From contig NC_135656.1 of assembly GCF_964188315.1 (NCBI RefSeq), positions 71,610,001 to 71,674,000 of the forward strand: a DNA stretch of 64,000 nt. The letters are read 5' to 3'. Shown here one piece after another: positions 12,960 to 21,817 of the stretch. Both the position numbers and the translations under genes were made by a program. The first letter of the stretch is position 1. Each line of letters begins with the position of its first letter. The stretch is from Podarcis muralis (taxonomy: Eukaryota). The notes under the pieces were generated by a model. The model made no database searches. It was not told the origin of the DNA and saw only the letters and a program-made list of their open reading frames with translations.

Positions 12960-14658
12960 CTGGGATTACGATGAAAAGATTTGTCGTTTGGAAGGATGAA
13001 AAAGTTACTGTCAGTTTTCTTCCTCTCAGAACTGCTATAATCATGACTTTGTGTGCAACGTAGGTGAGGCTGTTACCCAGTCATGTTGCTGTTGTGCCTA
13101 AGAGAACACTTTCAATACTGTCTGCATACATGTTTGAGATAGGAGTGGTGGGGGATTCCTGTAAAGATATTTGTCCTGTCCATGAGCAAGGCTGTGTGAG
13201 ACATCAGTACTTGTGTGCACTTGAAATCTATTTGTACAAATGCATTTAAACGTGGGGATGTGAGGAGGAGGAAGTAAGTGTGGAAAAGGATACGTGTAAA
13301 AACCCAAAATATCTTAAAAACAGATCTTCATATCGAAGATACTCATACGCTGTTCTGTATGACTTGGGCTCAATTTGGAACACAAGTGGATACAGATTGT
13401 AATAATTATTTATCTCCTGCCTTTCCTCCCAAGTGGCTTACAGATAAATTAGATGGCACTGTGCTCAATAAAGGTGGCATTTGGGTTTCCCACACTGCTA
13501 TTATAGTGCCTCTCAAGAATATTAGAAGACTATTAAATAATGTGGGGCTGATCTATGAAGGAATAGTAGGCAGTCTGGGGAATTTAATGACCATATAAAA
13601 ATCTGTGGCATTCACTCATTCCTGTTATTGACTGATGCCACCCATCACCATCTGAAACAAGAAGAACTCTATGAATACTGTGACTGCTTCTCTTCTGGAT
13701 TTGTGTAGCAATTGTGCTGCTATTCTAAGAATTCAGTTGTTTAATTAAATTCCTTTAATTCCCCAACCCGGTGCCCTCCATGCTGGCTGGGGCTGTTGGG
13801 AGTTGTAGTCTAAAACCTTTGGAGGGTATCAGGTTGGAGAAGGTTGCTGTAGGGAAGGTAGCTTAATTAACCATGATACTCGCTTGAACTCCTTTAGGTT
13901 TAGAAAGACTGTGGCAAAAGAAGGCCTTCTTTCCTTCAAGCTCATCTATTATTGTGAAGTTCCAGAACTGTCCTTTATTCTGATTTTCAATATGGCCTCT
14001 ACAGAAGCTTTACAGCTCTCGTAAGAAAAAAAAAGCTTCTGTTTATAAACAGGTACTGTTTGACAAAAATGGAAACTTTGGTAATCAGGATGGTTATAGT
14101 TTTATATACAGCTTTGGAAAACGCGTATGGGGGACTGCAGTTTCACCTGTGCAGTTCTAGCAATAGGTTTTGTTCTTATCCATCATTTTATCCACATTTG
14201 GTCACAGCTTCATTTAACTCTGGTTTCTTTGGTCTCTTTTTAAACACAGCTAAATAAATATGACTCCTTCATGTATGTAATGAGATCCCACAGTGGGAAA
14301 CTTAGGATTCAAAGGTGATACAACTAATGCCTCTATTAATCCTAGTGGCATTTCCAGTAGTAGCAGCTCTCTCTAGAGCAGTGGTGGGCAACCTTTTTAA
14401 GGTCAAGGGCTACATAAGAGTCTAGATGGAAGATGAAGCCCTCTGGCTGTAAAGCACATAGCTCCCTATGAAGCCACAATACTGGATAATGATGTCTGAT
14501 TGTATTCATACCACACTGGCTTCCATTACAAGCTAATGCAATTTAGGTTTCTGGGATACAGGCATTATGAATGATACAACACTGTAGTCAAAGAAGCATG
14601 ACTTTTTTTATGTCTTTGAGAATAATATTCCTGCCTCCTAAATGAAACTAACTCTGAC

Positions 14659-15017
14659 TAGAGATGGGCGAATGTGTCAATTTCAGTTTCTCATTTTTCA
14701 AATCTTGAGTTCGGGTCTCCACATTTCCACATCTGTTTGAGATCCCGCCCCCCAAGTGCCAATGAAAATTTATCAGCATTTTAGTGCAAATTTCTAATAC
14801 ATATATATTTTTGTATGCAATTTTGCCTACATTTTTGCAAAGCAGTTTCCCAGAATAGAATGCATTTTGTGATATTTTCACTAATCTATGTATTTATGGA
14901 CACACTTTTTCTCTAATACGTACCTTTTTGCACAAATTACTTGGCTGGAGAACTGCACTGCAAAATTAGGTAGGTTTGCCTTTAAATGTGAACTGAATTG
15001 AATATCTCCCATCCCTA
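14659..15017. mobile_element. ~400-bp AT-rich MITE family with TAGGGATGG-like termini
   Basis: TAGAGATGGG ... CCCATCCCTA; homologous copies at about 31580-31965, 41470-41888, 57210-57645 and 63577-63900. Confidence 0.7.
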
Positions 15018-16420
15018 TCCTTAACTCGCTTGTGTTAGGTTCTCCCTAAGGAGCAAGTGCATCCCCAAATAAACAAAATAGAAAGATACAAGGATGAGCC
15101 ATGGCTGTCTACAAATGAAAGATGTATACACAGCGCAAGTCACTTATATAATGTGCCACTTTATGCAGGCCTAAAGCTTTTTCATTGAGACTAGTCCAGC
15201 CAATCAACTTGCTATGCTCATTTTGAACAATCATTCTGAGGTTCCTTCTTTGTATGCTTTCCCTACAGTACATTTACTGCTTCCTACATTGGCTTTAACT
15301 GTTTCACCACAAATAATTATTTCTGACTCTAACCCTAAAGAGCAATGGACTGAGGATGGAAAGAACTACAAGTTAGCACGGCGCATCCAAGTTTTCCCAA
15401 ACATGTGTTAGCAGTTGTTAATAATAATGCGAACGCTGGGCATTTACAAAAGAGTATCAAAAGGAAGAGGAGATGTTTACTCCTTCATCTGCTCCCTCTA
15501 TCCACCACACCTATCCACACCCAGTCGCCAAATCTCTCTCCTTTCAGTGGTCTTAGGAGGCAGGCGAGAGTAGTTGTCGGGAAGGATCAAGCCCACCACT
15601 ACTTTTTATATGCAGATATGCACCTCAACCTTGCATGAGTCTTATGAGGCAGACATGGGACTGGGAACTCTGTGTTTCCTTTAGAAAGTGTCCTTTCTCC
15701 TCATCCTTTCCCAGGCTTATTGAACAAAGCAGGAAGAATATAAGTGGAGCACACTGTAATCCAGTAGGCAGACAGACTAGCAGCAACAACTGTCCAAATT
15801 GCATTCACCATGTGTTGATGTATACACAGACATGCAAACACATAGGCAATGCCTTCTGATTCAACTGTGCACCCAGGAGCACTGGTAAAGTGAGCAGGAC
15901 CATAACGCAAAGGGGAAAAGCGGCAGATTAAGCACTTGGTGACTGGAGTATGAAGGGCTGTGCTTAGGAGGCAATGAGCTTTGAGGCAAGATGGCTCAGT
16001 TTCTTGCATGAATTGAACTGTAACTTTGCACGTGGGACTCCCTTTGTTATCGTCCTTTTGCAAGAGAGGAATAACGATACTCACCTGGACAAAATTTCTG
16101 GTGTGCCATTTGGCTTCATTTTTGAATGTTACTGAATTTGAATGCTGCTTCTCCCATGAAGCTTCACGCTTCAAGGAAATGGGGGGCACGATAGTAGTGA
16201 GTGGAGAAGGAATGCACAAGAGAAAACCCTGAGGACCTGTTTCATTTGTGGAACAAATCAATATTCCATAGTGCACAGACGTTCTCTGGACAGTAACAGA
16301 GAACCACTCTTCACCCACAGCAAAAAGAGAACAAGGTGGACAGCCATGCTTTGGATAGGAAAGTACATCCTTCATATAGATTGATAGGGGCTAACTCTAG
16401 ACTGTAGAAGGGGATGTATT

Positions 16421-16823
16421 TGTTGGGTTTGGAACTTCATAGGTTAAGTTCTTCCCATGATGCCTCAATTCTGACGTCAGTTTTCGAAGCTGGGAGGAGC
16501 TGGGAGGAGTCGAGTTCAGTTCTCTCTGTGCTCTGAGAGAGAGAGGCATGCCTTTGCAATGGCTGCCAGCAGTGATGGCTGAAACGTTCCAATAAAGAAC
16601 TGTAAATAGACAAACCTGCCTCTGTGTGTTTGTCTGGAAGCTAAGTAAGGACGTAAGGCTGTTTTACATCGCTGTGCTTCAACTCTGCTACTGGCGTGAC
16701 TGGACGAAAGAGCAGAGGCACGCAGAGGAGGCGTGCCGGACCTGCCGGATCTGCCATAAAGAGCTAATTGTGGACCAATAAATCAATTAGCGGGGGTCGC
16801 GCCAATAAATCGTGTTATGCACA
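16421..16823 (+). repeat. 5' LTR of the Copia-type element
   Basis: Identical to 19860-20262 except C16585 versus T20024; CRE TGACGTCA at 16472-16479; AATAAA at 16591. Confidence 0.97.
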
Positions 16824-17101
16824 GGTTATGGAGGTCAGCCAACGCTCGTAAAACAGTCGTAAAACAGCTTCAGGAAGGCTTTGAAGCTGGGATCTGAGAA
16901 ACGGGAGCTGGCCGGATGTCGGAGGCTGCTTACAGTGCGTCTAAGAGCCAAAGAAGCTGCTGAGAGAGCTGCTGGAACACAGAGCTGGAGCACAGAAGCA
17001 GCTGGGAGCTGAAAGGCAGCTGAGAAATCGTTTCTCCACGGAAGGGAGTGCCAGGGAAGCTTGTGAGTACAGCTTGGGGCCCCTTGGGAGAACGGGAGAA
17101 G

Positions 17102-19975
17102 ATGGCTGAGAGCCAGGATATACCGGTGGAAAAGCTCACTCTAAAGAGTTGGGCAACCTGGAGCAAAAGAGTAAAGGGGTGGTTCCTGGTCCATGGGCTT
17201 TGGGAAGCAAGCCAGAGGGAGCCACTACCACCAACCCCCAGCGCTAAAGCGGCTGGACACGTTGCAGGCTGTGATGCTGCGTTGCCGGAAGATAGCCAGC
17301 AGAAAATGCAAAGAGAGCTGGAGATGCTCAAGGCATGTGTTGATGCTTCACTGAGACCCCACCTAGAGGGTGTGAAATCAGCGTGGGCGGCCTGGAATTT
17401 ACTGAAAGGCCTGTGTCAAGCTTCACCGGGAGGCCAGAGCCCTGCAGACGCTGGTCTAGAAGCCCCTATTCCCCAATCAGCCTCAAGGAGCGCTGGTGCG
17501 CAGATCAGGGGGGGCAGGAGTTCCAAAGGCAAGTTTGAAAAACTTTCCACTTGTGCTGAAGCGGAGAGCAGCTTCAGGGGGGGCGAGGCTGGTGGGAGGC
17601 GCCGTTCCAGAAGGAGGAGGGCCAAGCCAGCTGGGAGCCCCGGGCAGTGTTTTTCCACTGGAGTTCGTCGATGCTACGTGTGCAATTCGGCGCAACATCT
17701 GAGTGGCAGTTGCCCCCACCGGAGCAGAGAGCCGGGGCAGGATGTTCATACTTCCCATGGGAACCAGGCGGGTTTCCATGGCAACAGGCCTGGGAAGGCA
17801 GGCAGGCGTGGAACAGAACCAGGTGGCCGTGGTAAACAACGGGAAGAGTCTTATCAAGTCTCTGCGAGCATGGCGTTGTTTGAAGGCAGCTGTGTGGAAA
17901 ATTCCGAGCTCAGCTTTGTTATTGACTCTGCAGCTAACCGCAACATGGTTCCAGAGACCCCTGCAGTCGAGATGTGGAATTGCAAGGCAGTTCCAAAGGG
18001 ACAAACTGTGCTTTTTGCAAATGGGCAGAAAAAGAATGTAACATGTCTTGTTGACTTACATGTGTTTGTTTTACAGGAATCGATGGAATTTTGTACCGTT
18101 CCTGGGATGCACCACTGTCTTTTATCTGTGCCTTGTCTGTTAAAAAAGGGTTTCCAGGTTTGTTTCCAGGGGGATTTCTGCATAATTTCCAGAGGAGGGA
18201 AACGCCTTGTCGAAGTGAAAAGGGGACAGAATGATCTTTTCATTCTTAAAACGTCTCTTGGGGGTGAAGGGAAGGCTGAGAAAGCACAAGCGTTGCGTGC
18301 TACAGTTCCCAACCAGCGTACTACAATTCCCGCTCATGATGCCACATGTGCATGCGTATGGCATCAGAGAACAATTCATGGGTCGGTAGAGGACTTGCAG
18401 ACTCTGCCCGAGGTTGCCAAGGGGTGTAGAATTAAAAATTGTGGAAGTGCCATTAATTGTGACACTTGCAAGCAGGCAAAGGTAAAAGGCTGCAGTTACC
18501 CAAAGGTAGAAAGGGTAGCCACAAAGCCCTTTGAATTGGTTCACATAGACTTGTGGGGTCCTGTGAGGGAAGCAAGTCTGGGAGGTGCAAGGTTTCTGCT
18601 GACGGTTCAAGACAGTTTTTCGCAGAATTCCTGGAGTTTAGGTCTCAAATCCAAGGAGGATGCAGCACAGCTGATCAGGACCTGGATTGAGGGAGTGGAA
18701 CTAAGGTTTTCCACCAGAGTGCAAGCGATCATCAGTGACAGAAATGCTAAGTACACTGGTTCTGCTTTGCAGGAGTTCTTTCACAAGAAAGGGATACGTC
18801 ACACAGTGACTTCACCCAGTCAGAAGGGGGTGGCAGAGCTTAGAAGTGAGGCTCTGGTTAAAGCTGCACAGGTGTTGCTGAAAGAGTCTGGGTTACCTCC
18901 AAGGTTTTGGCTGGAGGCAACCAGGTACGTATGCTTCACCTGGAATAGGACCTACAATTCGCTGGTAGGTGACACACCGTTTTCTTTGTTGAATGGCAGA
19001 AAGCCCCAGGTTCACTTTCTGCGCAGGTTTGGTTCATCTGCGGTTGTCCCTGTGCCCAAGGCTTTGCAAGGGCCAGATGGAGCCAAGTTCCAGAAAATGA
19101 TCTTCTGTGGGTATGAGCCAGAAGCTCGTGCATGGCGGTTTGCTTACCCATCAGGTGATCAGAGTAAAGTGCTGATCAGTAAACACGCTGAGTTCTTTGA
19201 GCAGAGTGGGAAGCCAAAGGTTGTTGTCCGGCGTGATCTTCTCTCAGATTGTCTCTCTGACCCAGAGGACAGTTGTGATGAGGAGGAAGCAGAGGCTGAT
19301 CCCAGTGATGAGGACCAGGTCCAGGATCAGGGTTCAGAATCCGATGATGACGATCAGGTCATTGACCAAAGTCAGGAGCAAAGTCAGGAGCAGGATGAGG
19401 TTTCTGTAGCTTCTCCACAAGATGTTAAGAGAGCACCCAAAAGCGAGCCTAGTTCTCCTGTGAGTGTGATGGAAAGGATTCGAAGACGCTTTAAGTCAGA
19501 GGGGGAATCCCGTGATGCAGAGGTCACACCTGCTGGTGACGGTGAGCCAGAGGAAACACCTGAGTTTGTGCCTAGGCGGTCCAGTCGCACAACAAAGGGT
19601 ATTCCGCCTGAAAGGTACCAGGCCATAGGTGCGTGGGTAAATTTCGCACAGTGCGTTTCTGAGAATTGTGAGGTGGTTCCACAAATGCCAAACAGGTCTG
19701 CCAAGGGAGGGCACGAGGCATTGGGGATGGGATTGATCTCACAAGGTGTTACTGAAGGGGTTCAACAGGTGCCTGGGAAAGATGCCGAAAAGGGGCACAA
19801 GGCAGAGGGAAAGGTGTTGAACTCAAAAAGGTCTTGTCAGAATGCTCGGCAAGGGGGGGTGTTGGGTTTGGAACTTCATAGGTTAAGTTCTTCCCATGAT
19901 GCCTCAATTCTGACGTCAGTTTTCGAAGCTGGGAGGAGCTGGGAGGAGTCGAGTTCAGTTCTCTCTGTGCTCTGA
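17102..19975 (+). CDS. Copia-type Gag-protease-integrase polyprotein (957 aa from the first ATG), no RT/RNase H
   Basis: Gag N-terminus KLTLKSWATWSKRVKGWFLVHGLW; CX2CX4HX4C knuckle 17672-17713; protease FVIDSAANRNM at 17924; WHQRTIH...CDTC; HIDLWGP / SDRN / GVAEL integrase triad; RRSSRTTKGIPPERY; no YVDD. Confidence 0.9.
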   Translation: MAESQDIPVEKLTLKSWATWSKRVKGWFLVHGLWEASQREPLPPTPSAKAAGHVAGCDAALPEDSQQKMQRELEMLKACVDASLRPHLEGVKSAWAAWNLLKGLCQASPGGQSPADAGLEAPIPQSASRSAGAQIRGGRSSKGKFEKLSTCAEAESSFRGGEAGGRRRSRRRRAKPAGSPGQCFSTGVRRCYVCNSAQHLSGSCPHRSREPGQDVHTSHGNQAGFHGNRPGKAGRRGTEPGGRGKQREESYQVSASMALFEGSCVENSELSFVIDSAANRNMVPETPAVEMWNCKAVPKGQTVLFANGQKKNVTCLVDLHVFVLQESMEFCTVPGMHHCLLSVPCLLKKGFQVCFQGDFCIISRGGKRLVEVKRGQNDLFILKTSLGGEGKAEKAQALRATVPNQRTTIPAHDATCACVWHQRTIHGSVEDLQTLPEVAKGCRIKNCGSAINCDTCKQAKVKGCSYPKVERVATKPFELVHIDLWGPVREASLGGARFLLTVQDSFSQNSWSLGLKSKEDAAQLIRTWIEGVELRFSTRVQAIISDRNAKYTGSALQEFFHKKGIRHTVTSPSQKGVAELRSEALVKAAQVLLKESGLPPRFWLEATRYVCFTWNRTYNSLVGDTPFSLLNGRKPQVHFLRRFGSSAVVPVPKALQGPDGAKFQKMIFCGYEPEARAWRFAYPSGDQSKVLISKHAEFFEQSGKPKVVVRRDLLSDCLSDPEDSCDEEEAEADPSDEDQVQDQGSESDDDDQVIDQSQEQSQEQDEVSVASPQDVKRAPKSEPSSPVSVMERIRRRFKSEGESRDAEVTPAGDGEPEETPEFVPRRSSRTTKGIPPERYQAIGAWVNFAQCVSENCEVVPQMPNRSAKGGHEALGMGLISQGVTEGVQQVPGKDAEKGHKAEGKVLNSKRSCQNARQGGVLGLELHRLSSSHDASILTSVFEAGRSWEESSSVLSVL

Positions 19976-20262
19976 GAGAGAGAGGCATGCCTTTGCAATG
20001 GCTGCCAGCAGTGATGGCTGAAATGTTCCAATAAAGAACTGTAAATAGACAAACCTGCCTCTGTGTGTTTGTCTGGAAGCTAAGTAAGGACGTAAGGCTG
20101 TTTTACATCGCTGTGCTTCAACTCTGCTACTGGCGTGACTGGACGAAAGAGCAGAGGCACGCAGAGGAGGCGTGCCGGACCTGCCGGATCTGCCATAAAG
20201 AGCTAATTGTGGACCAATAAATCAATTAGCGGGGGTCGCGCCAATAAATCGTGTTATGCACA
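19860..20262 (+). repeat. 3' LTR of the Copia-type element
   Basis: Direct repeat of the 5' LTR, preceded by the PPT and followed by the TSD. Confidence 0.97.
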
Positions 20263-21559
20263 GTATTTTCAGTACAGACTTGTATCCTCTCTCTCTTAAA
20301 AAACAACCCCACCCAGGTGATAATTTGCGCTCTTACAGACCCCACACTTCTAATGGGTTGTTGTCTATCAGGATTGCCTCCCCAGAGCGTGTGTTTGCAT
20401 GCCGGCAAGTATATAAAAGACGGAGAATTACTTATTACACAGATCCTGCTGCAAATAACAGTTCTGTGTTTGGCATTATGCCAGTATACTTCTGTCTCTG
20501 GAAGCTTTCCAAGAGCTGCAGCTGCGAAGTTCTTGTGAACATTTTTCACTTGCTGGCTTTGCATTGCCAGTAGCTAATGGCTAAGGATGGAGAGAGTGAG
20601 AGTGTGCCTGGCCTCATTCCTCACTGCCTCTCAGGAGTAAAAAGTAAAGGCGGACGTTCATTTAGAGGGCTCATGACAGCACACCATTGCACTTTCTGAG
20701 TTGCTGAGTTTGCCAATCACAGTTTATGGTAGCTCCAGAGGCCTTAAGGGTTTCTCACAGCTGACAACACTGGGAGAAAAAATCACCTACATACGGGGCT
20801 ATTGCGAAAACTGCTGAATGAATATTCAGGCATTAAGGGGCTCATGCAATGAGGGGAGAGTGGGAACATGCTAGTTGACCCCAGCTCTTCCTTTTGCCTC
20901 CCCCTTGCTGGCCCGGCCATCCTCCAATCATTGGAGGAAAAGTTCCATACCAGGAAGCCTACACAAATACAGCTGGCTTTCTGCTGTAGACCCTCTTCTC
21001 TTGTCCAACACAGAGAAGGCAATGGGAACAGTCAAGCCATCTTCACCTTAACTCATGTAATGCTAAATAGGTCTTAAAATAAACCTAACAAGAAGGCTTA
21101 CCCAGTGGGTGAGGGCCATGTTTCTAGGTCACCTCCAGACTGCCACTGTTTTGCAGGAGGGATTTAGTCACAAAAATGACACAGACACAGGCTTGGCCCA
21201 ACCACAAAGTGGCAGAAGCCCCCGAGGCAGTACATCTATGGGTGCCCCGCCGCCTCTGGCACTGGCGCTGACATGGCATCTAAATCTTGGAAGATCTCAC
21301 CAGAAATTGGTGCCACTTTTCTGGTGGTGGAGGTGGGGGTAGGACTGGGCAGCACGTCCAGTTATGTCTCAAGCAGTGAAATGGGATGCACTGCCCCTGC
21401 AGAAAAATGCATTAGAGAGTGTGGGATAATTTTTGATTGACAGAAAGATGTGTAACCTCTGCGCAAGCAAGTCAGGATGAATGCTGAATCAAGAGCAAAC
21501 ACCGTATATAACCTACATACCAGCTGTGTTCAAGGAAATCAGGATGATACTCTGGACTG

Positions 21560-21817
21560 GAGGGCACAACTCAAACCAATGGCTTCAAGTTACAAGCAAG
21601 GAGATTCTGACCAAATATTCAGAAAAACTTTCTGACAGTAAGAGTTGCTTGGCAGTGCAACAAACTTCCATGAGAGGTGGTGGACTCTCCTTCCTTGGAG
21701 GTTTTTAATTAGAGGTTGGATGGCCACCTGTCATGGCTGCTTTAGCTGAGATTCCTGCATTGCGGGGGTTGGACTTGATGACCCTCGGGTCTCTTCCAGC
21801 TCTTCTATGATTCTATG
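21560..21817 (+). mobile_element. CR1 LINE 3' end
   Basis: GGTGGTGGACTCTCCTTCCTTGGAGG block; terminal TTCTATGATTCTATG tail. Confidence 0.85.

Larger units (their letters stand above)
16421..20262 (+). mobile_element. Young Ty1/Copia-type LTR retrotransposon lacking RT/RNase H (non-autonomous), antisense to the host gene
   Basis: LTRs 16421-16823 and 19860-20262 (403 bp, TG...CA); GTATT TSD at 16416-16420 and 20263-20267; PBS-like GGTTATGG at 16824; PPT AAGGGGGGG at 19851-19859; gag-PR-IN domain order. Confidence 0.95.

Noticed and set aside
16930-19988. Short alternative-frame and antisense ORFs inside the Copia element
   Set aside because: No recognisable motifs; expected in GC-rich coding sequence.
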